From IMG/VR virus record IMGVR_UViG_3300030329_006380, positions 1 through 64,000 of that record: 64,000 bases of DNA, one strand, 5' to 3'. The notes under the pieces are model-generated. The model saw only the letters and a program-made list of their open reading frames with translations, searched no databases and was not told the origin of the DNA. This stretch comes from a virus. The position numbers were made by a program, and so were the translations under genes. Positions 33,786-43,995 of the stretch are shown piece by piece (position 1 is the first letter of the stretch; each line of letters begins with the position of its first letter).

Positions 33786-36700
33786 TTATCCTTTTTTTGA
33801 TCCCGGATCCCACAGGTCATCCATTCTATGTCCCCCTGGAGGGACTATGTCACTATTATGAGCAAAACCTGGACCAACATCATCACCATATTTCACCCAA
33901 TTATATATGCCTTTTCGCGCTTGCGCGCCTTCATTAGCCCAAAAGTGAGTGCATTCTGCTTCAATCTTTTTCTTGTCCCAGTTGCTGTGGAATGGGTCCA
34001 AGAAACGATTAATTTGATCTCTTCTAGACGTCGCGACCTTGCTTTGATATTTCGCGCTCAATCGCGTTTCATATTTCATAGAATCAATTCTGTGTTCAAC
34101 CTCAAGCACAAAATAATATCCACCCAGACCTAGCTTTCCAGCAAATTGTGAAGCGGCATTGGCCCTGCCCCAACTATTGGGGAGTTTTTCATTAATATAT
34201 ATATACATTCCAGGTTTAAAATAAGCATTTCCATATAAAGTTAAGTCTGCATCATACGGGTCATATATGTGGTCCACACTTCCTTCACTAGCATCAACTA
34301 TTCTTTTCGTGCGAAGTTCCTCAAAGGTGTTTTTCTTAAACTTAATATCTTTTAGAAAGCCACCTGCAACACCCATATCAAAGTGAAAAATTCCATGCTC
34401 TGCATCTTTCTTTTCTTGGCGTGTGAAGCCACCAATATCTTCATTCTCGCCATACAAATATAAATAATAAAAAATATCTTTACCCTTTAGGCGACTACTA
34501 TCATGCGACATGTCTATTCGCGGTGGATTTGGGCGAGCCAACAGGCCAGGAAACTTATGTAAAAATTCATCGTCTTCCGAACCGGCGCCGGGATCCGACC
34601 AGACAGATTGTCCAGGCTTTGCCTTTCGAAGTTGCTTCAATCGCGCATCATCCAAAACAACACGCGGAAGTCTAGGAATTGGATCGCGAGGTGACTTGCG
34701 ACCACTTTCACCGATAATCCCATAAGAAGACATATGCTTCATCATCGGTCGACCGATTTGTTTAACGCCGCGGATGCAGGTTTCGCCTAACGCAGCAAAC
34801 AATAAGTCGCTGGCGCAATTCCTGATGAAATCCCTAAGAGTCCACATGTGGCTACCTTTATCAGTGCACATTTTCTGAAACCATGTCATATAATCTTGCA
34901 AAGATATTGGAAGATCCCCTAGGTTTATGGAGTATGCCATCTGAGAATCTTTCCTATAATCTTTTAAAATTGTATTACCTAAGATAATACGAGTTCTGGA
35001 CATATAATCGCGATTTGGGGGACTTTCCTTAAATAACAATTCCACTGCAGTATCGATTAGGTCTGAAAAATAAACAAAATTAATTCTGCGCATATTCACT
35101 GATTTTTGTTTTGAGACCAAAGCAAAATCTCCCGAATCCTGAGGGGAGTCCAAGCAGGCTTTAATATTGCAAATTCGTGTTTCTTTGTTTTGCGAAGAAT
35201 AATTTCTCATTGTGCGGCAAGCTGATGTGTCTTCTAGTTTTTTATTTTTTCCCTTACCCTTCTTTACTCTCGGCGGTGTTGATTGACCAGCAGCTTTTGG
35301 AGTTTCGGGAGCTTTTTTTCCTTTTTGCCTCTCTTTTCTCTTGCGCTCTATCATTTCGCTAATCGCTCCGATTTTCTCGCGCCACAAATCAACATCTTTA
35401 AGGCTCAAATCAACAAAGTGTATCTTACCATCATCATACAGTTTTTCTAAAATCTTTCTATATTTTCGCATCTGAACTCGGGCGCGCATTTCATGAATCT
35501 GAGCGTCGTCATCAACTTTAATCTTCAATATTTTAGCCAAGCCCTTACGAACTTTAATTAAATTATCGGTACTGAGCCTGTGTTCTTTTGCGGTGCTAAT
35601 TTTTAATTCCATGGCCGAAAGATCCCTTTCTTGCCCTTCTTCATCCAACTCAAAGGTCTGCATGGTATCCTTTGTGTCGTGATAAACTTTTTCCGAATCC
35701 AGTATCCAAGCCGCGGCAGATATATTAATACCTTTCCGGCGCTGATCTTTGGGGAACACCGTATTGAAAAGGCGCACATCCGTGTTCATCATTGGTTTAG
35801 CATCATAATCTTCCGCATGGCCAAATATTTCTGCCGGCACCCAGCGCTTTGGACGTCCGCATTTCTTTCGATCCTTCAAACAACCTTCACCGTCTTGATT
35901 GTCATTTTTTATACGTGATTGAATTTCCTTGGCTATGATCGTGTATAGTCTTTTCTGTCTTACCTTCAATGCTGCATCAAGAGCTTGCTCTTTTTCTATT
36001 TCGTCAGCTTCCCCAGTTGGATTAAAAAGATCAAATCTAGAGCTAGCAAAAACTTGCTCCAAGGACGCTGTAAATTCAATTTTAACTTTGACACTGCCAT
36101 CTTTCCCAATATCAAAAACATGCTTAGAATAGCTCAGCAAAAGACTCGTTGATGTTTTTTTAATTTGCTCTATCAACTGTTTAATGCTTTCTGGTGATTC
36201 TCCGGGAAGAACCTCCATCAACGCGCTTTTTGGGGGTGTGGCCCACCCAATCTCGGCTCGGGTCCAAAAGCTATTACCCAAGGTGCCACCTATAAAATTT
36301 TCTTTCCTTGTTCTTCCATCGTAAACTTGTGTTTTATTCTCCTTGCCAGCCCTCTTCTTCTCGTTGACCGGATCCTTGCCCTGCGGAATTATAATATCTG
36401 AGTGTCTTACCTCTCTCGATTCCCCCTCAGGACTGGTTACTTCACGCACTTTAAAAAACTCATCGATATTCGCATAATACAGTTCCAATTCAGCTTGCAA
36501 AAATATATCAACAGTTACGGGATTTCCCCCCAAATATTTGTAAGAAAAAGATTTGATGCCACCGCCAGATGGGAGATCCTCAAGTGAACTTCTCTCCACT
36601 TGTGGGAACGGTATCTCAAACTCAACAAAATCAGTAGGCTTGCTAAGCTTGTCTTGTTTGTTTCTGGGGTATACTTTAAAGAGCCTTATCTTCGGCACCA

Positions 36701-37304
36701 AAAGTCCCTGCACTGCGGGTGTCAATTTTTTGAATATATCAAAGCCGGCGCTGTGGCCCTCAAATAAACCAACAACTTTCTCGGGATAACTGGCGTCTAA
36801 TAGGGTTATATTTCGTGGAGAAAACGACGGGAGTCCCGAAAAAAACTTGCACATGGAACAACCAGAGATTGATTTATGATGTTGTACAAAATCTCGCCAA
36901 TATGCCATAAGATAACACTGTTCGTCAAAATTTATAGCGCTTTGCGATTCCCGCGCAGAGGAATCGTCCTCTTTCATATCCTCTTCCAGCAGTTCGAATT
37001 CTTTTTCGATCTCGTCTATCGATTTTTCTTTTTCTTTATCAGCCTTAAGAGATTTTTTGCTTTTTTTCTTCCATTTTTGTCTTTTCTTTTTCCCCTTTTT
37101 GTCCTCTGGTGGGGCCAAAGGATCGGCGCCGTCCATTGCACTCACGACATCATCTACATTAGTTCCCTCAATATTCGCTGGCAAGACACTTTCTGGGTCT
37201 TTTTGCGATTGCTGAAGGGCCTTCTGGGTCTTTTCTTTCCGATCCTCCGAAAATCGAGAGGCTCCCATTCTCTGACCATGTAATAGATTCTTATTTTCAG
37301 CCAT
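33786..37304 (-). CDS. Large virion protein, probable baseplate hub (gp27/gpD-like C-terminus)
   Basis: C-terminal ADLTLYGNAYFKPGMYIYIN...GGYYFVLEVEHRI...YETRL; position after the LysM gene. Confidence 0.6.
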   Translation of the reverse strand: MAENKNLLHGQRMGASRFSEDRKEKTQKALQQSQKDPESVLPANIEGTNVDDVVSAMDGADPLAPPEDKKGKKKRQKWKKKSKKSLKADKEKEKSIDEIEKEFELLEEDMKEDDSSARESQSAINFDEQCYLMAYWRDFVQHHKSISGCSMCKFFSGLPSFSPRNITLLDASYPEKVVGLFEGHSAGFDIFKKLTPAVQGLLVPKIRLFKVYPRNKQDKLSKPTDFVEFEIPFPQVERSSLEDLPSGGGIKSFSYKYLGGNPVTVDIFLQAELELYYANIDEFFKVREVTSPEGESREVRHSDIIIPQGKDPVNEKKRAGKENKTQVYDGRTRKENFIGGTLGNSFWTRAEIGWATPPKSALMEVLPGESPESIKQLIEQIKKTSTSLLLSYSKHVFDIGKDGSVKVKIEFTASLEQVFASSRFDLFNPTGEADEIEKEQALDAALKVRQKRLYTIIAKEIQSRIKNDNQDGEGCLKDRKKCGRPKRWVPAEIFGHAEDYDAKPMMNTDVRLFNTVFPKDQRRKGINISAAAWILDSEKVYHDTKDTMQTFELDEEGQERDLSAMELKISTAKEHRLSTDNLIKVRKGLAKILKIKVDDDAQIHEMRARVQMRKYRKILEKLYDDGKIHFVDLSLKDVDLWREKIGAISEMIERKRKERQKGKKAPETPKAAGQSTPPRVKKGKGKNKKLEDTSACRTMRNYSSQNKETRICNIKACLDSPQDSGDFALVSKQKSVNMRRINFVYFSDLIDTAVELLFKESPPNRDYMSRTRIILGNTILKDYRKDSQMAYSINLGDLPISLQDYMTWFQKMCTDKGSHMWTLRDFIRNCASDLLFAALGETCIRGVKQIGRPMMKHMSSYGIIGESGRKSPRDPIPRLPRVVLDDARLKQLRKAKPGQSVWSDPGAGSEDDEFLHKFPGLLARPNPPRIDMSHDSSRLKGKDIFYYLYLYGENEDIGGFTRQEKKDAEHGIFHFDMGVAGGFLKDIKFKKNTFEELRTKRIVDASEGSVDHIYDPYDADLTLYGNAYFKPGMYIYINEKLPNSWGRANAASQFAGKLGLGGYYFVLEVEHRIDSMKYETRLSAKYQSKVATSRRDQINRFLDPFHSNWDKKKIEAECTHFWANEGAQARKGIYNWVKYGDDVGPGFAHNSDIVPPGGHRMDDLWDPGSKKG

Positions 37305-37320
37305 TTGTTTTCCCTATAAA

Positions 37321-37686
37321 TCACATAAAACTCAACACGCGTTCAAGAGGCAGTGGGATATGAACAAAGTCACCGACCTTCAAATGAGCCTCAGTTGGCG
37401 CGCGGTTAAACCAAGCTATGACCCACCATAAGCTAGGATCGTCATAATATTGATCAGCCAGCTTATAAAGTCTATCGCCAGTAGTCCAAGTATGACCAAT
37501 CAAATCCAGCGTGGTCATTTGATCCACAGTGGGTCTTCTCAAAGTAGAAACCGGCGTTAAATAATGTCGCATTCTCTTTATTTTTCTTTCTTCAAGATAT
37601 TGTTCATAATGTTTTGTATTTTCCGCAAGATTTTCTCTATCCAAAGTCCTGATCCTGCGGCCAGAAAATCGCAATCCATTTGACAT
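37321..37686 (-). CDS. LysM-like baseplate protein
   Basis: HTWTTGDRLYKLADQYYDDPSLWWVIAWFN...LKVGDFVHIP. Confidence 0.8.
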   Translation of the reverse strand: MSNGLRFSGRRIRTLDRENLAENTKHYEQYLEERKIKRMRHYLTPVSTLRRPTVDQMTTLDLIGHTWTTGDRLYKLADQYYDDPSLWWVIAWFNRAPTEAHLKVGDFVHIPLPLERVLSFM

Positions 37687-37725
37687 GTTATTTCTCTCCT
37701 CGTGCAAACAACAACCCAGTCACAA

Positions 37726-39951
37726 TTATCGATGTTGCGCCAGATACTTCCCCGTTAAAGCCATTTTTATTTCCTCGTCAAATTCGCCTTCCAGACTCAT
37801 TTGTTTTGATTTGCCCACGTCCACCGACATGGCACCATAAATAGGTTCCCCCGTCACTTTATCTGTTGTGCGGAAATCATACGGAAAATCATAAAAACCA
37901 CCCTCTGGGTCCAAAGCAGAAGGATGCTTCACGCCGGCCATTTTTCTGGACCAGTCTGGGACGCTAGAATTCCATCCCAAAGTAAAATCATGCAACACAA
38001 CAAATGAAAGATTCAGCGTTATTTTTTTTGGTATAAGATATGCTGCCGATGCCTCCTCCACTTGTGATTGAAAGAAACCAACGTCCAAATCGGGGGTCAC
38101 CGATACAGAACTAATAGCCGCCAGCAAACCTGATTTACGAGATGGACTCGTTATCATATTTGCCCAGCCAATCTTTAAAAGTGGGGCTGCATTGATCCTT
38201 GTTGAAGATAGAGACAAGCTGGGATCCCCGAGGCCACGGGAGGCTTCGTAACCAGGATATAAATTCTGAATTAATTGATTGAGATTCTGCATATTTCGAA
38301 TCCCCTCGGAAAATCTATCGGATAATATTTCAACGTCCAGTGACATATTTCTTTTTGTGTTCGAATATGTCATAATAGGATCCATACGGCCATATACATC
38401 TTCTGAATTCCATGCCAATTCATAATTATCAGAAAGTGTGGTAACAAATGCTGTGAAGGCAGCCACGCGGCCTGTTGGCACATGTTTAAACGTAACGTAA
38501 TCCGGTGTTGGGACAATCTTCCCCCGCTTCTCATCTTCATTAAAAATATATTTTACCCTAGGGTGTTTCGAAGAATAACTGGTTGGAGTATGAACGTATG
38601 TGCCTCTTAATTCCGCTTCCTCTAGGGCTTTTCGTTGGCCAGCAGTAACTTCTTGCTGCTTCTTTATTTTCTTGGCTTCCCCCTGTCGACGTTGACGCTC
38701 GGCCTCTTTAGCTCGTTGTTCTCTTTCCCTTTCAGCCCGCAATTCGTCTTCATATTCTTTATTTAGCCTATTTCTCTCTTTTTGTTCGGCTAGCCGCTGC
38801 GCCAAGAGACGCTGTCTCTCTTTTTCGCGGGCAGCTTCTTCTTCCAGTTTTTTTATTTTTTCTTCTTGGGCTTTTTTTGCGGCGGCGGCTCGGGCGCGGG
38901 CTCGGGCGCGGGCGCGAGCCTTTTTATTCACTAAGGCTTTCTTTTCCCCTTCTTCTGTTGCTGTATGTATTGCCATATTTAATGCTACTAGATCTGTAAC
39001 GTCTTTGTCCCCGTCGCTCGCCAAAACTGCTGCGCCGGCATGTGCTGCAATTTTATCCTTTTCTGCTTGAGTGAGAATAACCCTTCCAACCTTTGCGGTG
39101 ATACTTTTCAACTTCGCTCGCTCTTCGGCCAGTTGCTTTTCAATGGTACTTATGGTACCTCCGATATTATCTATACCCGCGAGACGGGCCCTTTTGAGAT
39201 CAATTGATGCAAGATCTCCATCCTTGATCACCAGCGCACCTTCCGCGTCGTCCATGATGGACCGAGCGGTGCCATGCACGTTTTGCCAATATTTGCGGTT
39301 CGTTTCTGCTGCCTTTTCCTCTTCTAGAAGTTTTTCGGCCGCGGCGGCGGCCTCCCTGTCAAAATCCTCTTTAGTGAGGCCGCCTTGATTCCTGCGGATC
39401 AATCCTTGATCAGCTTCGATATTCATGAGATTTCTTTTATAATCTAGTTCCAGTTTCGCATTCAACTCATCGCGCATCCGTTGCTTTGTAGCCTCATCAT
39501 GGCCACTAGTTTCAATTTCAATCGCCGCGGTGCCGGCATCTACTAGTCTCCCGGCTTTATTTAAAAGCTTTCGGGTGCCATACCATGCTGCTGTGGATTC
39601 ATCGGCGAGCCCAGTGACCAGTTGTTCTGTAGTAACCGGTCTTCCACTAAGGCTGGGGAGAATTGGTTGGTTGTAATAAATACTCATCCCCAAGTGCTTA
39701 ACATCTTGCCAATATGTTGACGCTTCGGGTTTTTCTGGAGCGCCAACACGTGCAGTGGCTAAAGTGGGATCAACGACTTTTGGCTTTTCTTCTGATGAGT
39801 CGAGCCCTAAAGAGGCCAAAGCTCTATCCTCCAGATCGCCGCCTTCGCCGGTGCCCTTCTTTGATGGCGTGCTCGCCGATATATCGACTTGAGCATTGGG
39901 GTCTGTGTCCGGTACTTCCCTGCAGCCATATGAATTACATATCAAAGCCAT
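37726..39951 (-). CDS. Baseplate/tube-initiator-like C-terminal domain fused to a long coiled-coil N-terminus
   Basis: FTAFVTTLSDNY...WNSEDVYGRMDPIMTYSNTKR near the C-terminus; EK/ER-rich helix in the middle. Confidence 0.6.
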   Translation of the reverse strand: MALICNSYGCREVPDTDPNAQVDISASTPSKKGTGEGGDLEDRALASLGLDSSEEKPKVVDPTLATARVGAPEKPEASTYWQDVKHLGMSIYYNQPILPSLSGRPVTTEQLVTGLADESTAAWYGTRKLLNKAGRLVDAGTAAIEIETSGHDEATKQRMRDELNAKLELDYKRNLMNIEADQGLIRRNQGGLTKEDFDREAAAAAEKLLEEEKAAETNRKYWQNVHGTARSIMDDAEGALVIKDGDLASIDLKRARLAGIDNIGGTISTIEKQLAEERAKLKSITAKVGRVILTQAEKDKIAAHAGAAVLASDGDKDVTDLVALNMAIHTATEEGEKKALVNKKARARARARARAAAAKKAQEEKIKKLEEEAAREKERQRLLAQRLAEQKERNRLNKEYEDELRAEREREQRAKEAERQRRQGEAKKIKKQQEVTAGQRKALEEAELRGTYVHTPTSYSSKHPRVKYIFNEDEKRGKIVPTPDYVTFKHVPTGRVAAFTAFVTTLSDNYELAWNSEDVYGRMDPIMTYSNTKRNMSLDVEILSDRFSEGIRNMQNLNQLIQNLYPGYEASRGLGDPSLSLSSTRINAAPLLKIGWANMITSPSRKSGLLAAISSVSVTPDLDVGFFQSQVEEASAAYLIPKKITLNLSFVVLHDFTLGWNSSVPDWSRKMAGVKHPSALDPEGGFYDFPYDFRTTDKVTGEPIYGAMSVDVGKSKQMSLEGEFDEEIKMALTGKYLAQHR
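38885..38918. repeat. Short GC-rich tandem repeat encoding (AR)n
   Basis: GCTCGGGCGCGG about 2.5 times; protein KKARARARARARAAAA. Confidence 0.7.
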
Positions 39952-39962
39952 CTCTTATTCTC

Positions 39963-42491
39963 CTATCCGTTTCTCACGGCATTAACTGCTCTCGCAAATT
40001 CTTTTCCATCTAGCATCAAAGTAATATTATATTTTTCAGTACTAAACCCCGAGCCACCCGTGGCTCCTCCGCCTTCGCCAAAGCCAACTGTGGTACCGGC
40101 TGGGGATGCTGCCGCAGGGGCGCCAGGTGAACCAGCAATTAAACTAGTAGCCACTTCAAAAACATTCGCCGATTTGTCAATAACTTTGGCAACGCTGGGT
40201 CGAGCATATTCCGGAACAACATGCAGGGCTGCGGCCATGGCAGCGACACCGGCTGCCAGCATTATAAGTGGTGCACTGGCAAAATACCCAACCAGTCCCA
40301 ATGCCCCTAAAGCAATTGCTAGACCACCAAAAGCCATGGATAATTGACCAATTACGCCAACATATTTTGCCAACGTTGGTAGTGCGCCGGTCAGTGTCTT
40401 GATAAACACCGAGAAGGATACCATAGTAACCGCTATCCCTGCTCCAATTAGGGCGACTGCACCGCCAAAAAATAACATTGGTTTCGAGGCAAGTTTTGCT
40501 CCCAGTGCGATAAGAGCAAAGAAGCCTAAAACTGCAACCCCCATTGCAATAAGGGCAGATTGTGTTTGTTCTGGATTTAGATCCCTAAAGGCCTTTACCA
40601 ACTGTGCAAGCCCTAGAGCAGCAACCGCTACGCCTGCACCCAACATTAAAAAGGCAAAACCCAGAGATAGAATTTGACCTGAACTGGCCAAGAAGCCTCC
40701 CAACTTGCTTCCCTTGCCTACAACAGACCCAACATCCTTTGCGCTCTTAGCTGCCTTAGCAAGCATGAGGCCAGAGAATAGTTTTCCGACACCTCCCATG
40801 ACAAGGGAAAGGGCGACCAAGGCAACCTTGAAAGCAATAAAGGCACCAATAATATCATAAAGGGATATCTTATGTTTATCTAGAAACTTCTCCATCTTTT
40901 GAAACCAAAAAATCAATTTCTCGACAACCATCTTAACATCGCTAACAATACCGGTTCGTGCAAAGGCTCTCTCTATTGCTCGCGTGAGGCGCTCCATCAA
41001 TGGCAAGGCACGGTGGGCTGCAGACATTAATTTCTCAAGTTGTTTTCGCGAATGAGCTTCTTTAGCAGCCTTCCTTTGTATTTTCAACTTCTCTTCGTCC
41101 GTTGTGTTGGAATCCTTCAGGAGAGCGTTCAATCCCTCTTGGCCAATCACTGCAGCGATCGCTTTTTTCGTCAAGTGGTCAGTGCTGCCGGTTAAAAGTC
41201 CGGATAGTCTGATTTGTTCTTTCAAATATTTGATTCTTTCTTCATCTCGCATACCGACCATCTTAACTGAATTTAAATAATTGCCGCCCATCAATTGATT
41301 TAATTTATTTACTTTATCTTGTGCGTCAGAAAAAGTATCAAAACCTTGGGCCACACCAACAAGAGTAGAAACTTCCGTACCTGTTGCTTTTGCTTCAGTA
41401 GCCAAATCCTTAAAAGTTCTTTTCATATTTTTGCCAAAAAATTGCATTCGACCAGCAGAAGTTTGAAAATCCTTGGCCATCTTACCTGCATTAACACCAA
41501 TAGCTGATCCCATGCGGGCCAATTCAACGTTGAATCCCATGGCTTGCTCAGTTGACATACCAAAAGTTTTAGTAAGTTCGGTCATGTTTTCAGCAACCTG
41601 AGCTTCTGACATTCCCATTCTAGAGAGTGCTGTGGTAGTGGTCACCAATGCAGCGGCGCGGTTTGCCTCAAGGGATGAGAACTCTGAATATCCCTCATAA
41701 AGCGCTGCAATGGATTTATGTTGCTCCTGCATATTTGCAGAGATACCTAGGCCGGCTTTGTATGATTGGGCCAGCACCGTATTATATTTTTGCACGCCTC
41801 CAGTCAACCCAGACAGCGAAGCTTCGGCATCAAGCTGGGCGCTGACTGCTTTCCATGTTGCCTCAAAAAATTTCATCATGATTGAGTTAGTGGCAGAATG
41901 AGCAACTTGAAAATTAATTGTACTTTTTGCCAAAGCTTTAAAGCCATTGGCCAAGCCAGCCTCTTTCATTTTGCTAGCAAAGTTATCCAGTTGCGCAAAA
42001 ATGCCCTCATTAAAATTCATTCCCAATAAGCCCATGAAGTTACGTGTGAGGCCCTCAGCGGCGGCCTCCATCTCCTTCATGTTCTTTTCGCCCTCAGCGG
42101 ATAACTCATTGAATTTTTTCATGACCGCGATTTTTTGCGCATTATCTTTCTGCCGAGCTTCACGTTCCTTGCCGCTCATGTCATGAATTTCTACCAGAGC
42201 ATCTCTTTGTGTTAACTGAAGTTCAGTTAATTCACCCTGATGCTCTTCCAACTGCTGTAATATGTCTAGTTGCTTAGCTATTTCTTCATGGTTCATCGCC
42301 AACATGCTAGCTTCTGCTTCCAGAGCGTGCAAGCGCCCTTCGGCGAATTCGCGGCGCTTGTCCATATCCTGAACGGCTCTCTTCGCTAGAGCTTCTGCCT
42401 CTTTCTCAGCTTGATTAGCACGCTCAACCTGTTCTGCATATTCTCTAGCTAGTTGTACTCGAAACTGTGAAGTTGCACTGTCATTTGCCAT
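39963..42491 (-). CDS. Tape measure protein
   Basis: 842 aa, Ala/Gly-rich helical, hydrophobic C-terminal repeats, downstream of the tail chaperones. Confidence 0.85.
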   Translation of the reverse strand: MANDSATSQFRVQLAREYAEQVERANQAEKEAEALAKRAVQDMDKRREFAEGRLHALEAEASMLAMNHEEIAKQLDILQQLEEHQGELTELQLTQRDALVEIHDMSGKEREARQKDNAQKIAVMKKFNELSAEGEKNMKEMEAAAEGLTRNFMGLLGMNFNEGIFAQLDNFASKMKEAGLANGFKALAKSTINFQVAHSATNSIMMKFFEATWKAVSAQLDAEASLSGLTGGVQKYNTVLAQSYKAGLGISANMQEQHKSIAALYEGYSEFSSLEANRAAALVTTTTALSRMGMSEAQVAENMTELTKTFGMSTEQAMGFNVELARMGSAIGVNAGKMAKDFQTSAGRMQFFGKNMKRTFKDLATEAKATGTEVSTLVGVAQGFDTFSDAQDKVNKLNQLMGGNYLNSVKMVGMRDEERIKYLKEQIRLSGLLTGSTDHLTKKAIAAVIGQEGLNALLKDSNTTDEEKLKIQRKAAKEAHSRKQLEKLMSAAHRALPLMERLTRAIERAFARTGIVSDVKMVVEKLIFWFQKMEKFLDKHKISLYDIIGAFIAFKVALVALSLVMGGVGKLFSGLMLAKAAKSAKDVGSVVGKGSKLGGFLASSGQILSLGFAFLMLGAGVAVAALGLAQLVKAFRDLNPEQTQSALIAMGVAVLGFFALIALGAKLASKPMLFFGGAVALIGAGIAVTMVSFSVFIKTLTGALPTLAKYVGVIGQLSMAFGGLAIALGALGLVGYFASAPLIMLAAGVAAMAAALHVVPEYARPSVAKVIDKSANVFEVATSLIAGSPGAPAAASPAGTTVGFGEGGGATGGSGFSTEKYNITLMLDGKEFARAVNAVRNG

Positions 42492-42503
42492 TTAAAATAT
42501 TTC

Positions 42504-42851
42504 CTAATGAATCGGATACAATAATCCGGTTTCTTTTTCAAAAGCTTCTATTGCGCGATTCAATTCATATTTACTGCGAAAAGTATTGGGATTTAATAAA
42601 CCAAATTTCTTAAAAGAATTTGCATATTTTTTCTCTTTTGCCAATACACTCATAAATGCCGCTATTTCATTTCTCGACCCTCGAACAGTAAGGGGAACAG
42701 GCTTTTGGTCGAACATAATACCCAAAACATTTTCCATGGCGGCTCCAAACATTCTCAAGAAACTTTCATCCAATCTCTTGCTTTTCAGCGCTTCTAGGTC
42801 GATAATCAGGGGCTGTATTTTCTCTTCGTGAAGTTTTTTCATTATTTTCAC
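42504..42851 (-). CDS. Hypothetical protein
   Basis: ORF with AAGGAG SD and late-like motif upstream. Confidence 0.75.
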   Translation of the reverse strand: MKIMKKLHEEKIQPLIIDLEALKSKRLDESFLRMFGAAMENVLGIMFDQKPVPLTVRGSRNEIAAFMSVLAKEKKYANSFKKFGLLNPNTFRSKYELNRAIEAFEKETGLLYPIH

Positions 42852-42884
42852 TCCTTAGGTATATCTCTTTCTTAAATAGTGTTT

Positions 42885-42920
42885 AAAAAAAAATAAGGCC
42901 GGCTAGTGGCCGGCCTTATA
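42885..42920 (-). terminator. Intrinsic terminator
   Basis: ATAAGGCCGGC-CACTA-GCCGGCCTTAT then T-run. Confidence 0.85.
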
Positions 42921-42925
42921 TAAAA

Positions 42926-43132
42926 TCATCTTTTTGCTTTCTTCATTGCATCTTCTGAGGCCTTGTTTTCATCTTCAATTTGCTTAACCAACCTCTGTAG
43001 AAACCATCGTCTAATAACAATTGGAAGATTATAAGCTTCAAAAAAGCTCCAGCCACCATAATATTTTAATAAGAAAAATTCTTCGTATACTGCTTCTATA
43101 TATTTATCACTTAGGCCAAAAAAATTCCGCAT
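42926..43132 (-). CDS. Small tail-assembly protein (possible frameshift extension of the upstream chaperone)
   Basis: FFGLSDKYIEAVYEEFFLLKYYGGWSFFEAYNLPIVIRRWF; overlaps the upstream ORF across a T7 run. Confidence 0.7.
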   Translation of the reverse strand: MRNFFGLSDKYIEAVYEEFFLLKYYGGWSFFEAYNLPIVIRRWFLQRLVKQIEDENKASEDAMKKAKR

Positions 43133-43973
43133 TCAGCGGAACCTCCAGTATGGTTTCTGAACCACAGTGTTCGCAAAGAAATTCATGACTCATATCAATT
43201 GTCGGCATTGAAGCCTCGTAGGCTTCCCTTAAAAATCTAGAATCACGGGCCGGCATCACATTGATAAAATTACTAATTAATCCAGGCCTCTCGTCGCCGT
43301 TAACAGATACGATAAGCGATTTAAATAAATCAGTAACAATTGATTCTGGTAGTTTATTCTTCTTTTTTCTAGTCACCATTGAAGATATTTTCTTCTCATC
43401 GTTGCCTCGCAAAAGTCTGAACTTCACTTCCACGCCCGAAATTGGCAATTTCAATAAAAAATACCCTTCTGGGTCAACCTTGAGGCCATAAGAGTCATAA
43501 TCCTCTGCATGGTTAATTGGACATAAAAGTAAATTAAAATCATATTCACTGACTCCTGCACATGATGGGCATGTAACTTTTGTCTCATATGATTCTCCAT
43601 ATCCAGTAATTCTTGCTGCGATCATTAAAGCGTTTTTATCGCCAACTAACATATCGTCTAGACGAATGGATTTATCCATTATAATATTTTGCAAGAAACG
43701 GTCAATCGCAACCCCTTTCTTTAAAAGAGTTTTAGAAGACAATATATCTTCATCTTTCGCAATCATATACCTTATCTCTATACTTTCTCTGCCGTGTAAA
43801 GGATGGCCCTCGGGATAATATCTCCCGCGAGAAGGAAGCTCAACAAATTGTGTCGGTAATGTAAAAGAAAAAGCATGTTCTTGTTCGGGCTTATCTTGTA
43901 CGATGGGGGGAATAGGTAAATCCGGTGCAAAATCCTTCACACCGGATCTCTCTTCATTATTTCTCCTAGTCAT
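43107..43973 (-). CDS. Baseplate hub assembly / tail assembly chaperone (T4 gp26-like)
   Basis: VELPSRGRYYPEGHPL, EDIL, GDKNALMIAARITGYG, CPSC and CEHC pairs. Confidence 0.8.
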   Translation of the reverse strand: MTRRNNEERSGVKDFAPDLPIPPIVQDKPEQEHAFSFTLPTQFVELPSRGRYYPEGHPLHGRESIEIRYMIAKDEDILSSKTLLKKGVAIDRFLQNIIMDKSIRLDDMLVGDKNALMIAARITGYGESYETKVTCPSCAGVSEYDFNLLLCPINHAEDYDSYGLKVDPEGYFLLKLPISGVEVKFRLLRGNDEKKISSMVTRKKKNKLPESIVTDLFKSLIVSVNGDERPGLISNFINVMPARDSRFLREAYEASMPTIDMSHEFLCEHCGSETILEVPLNAEFFWPK

Positions 43974-43995
43974 TTTAACCTCTTAGTTATTGTTT

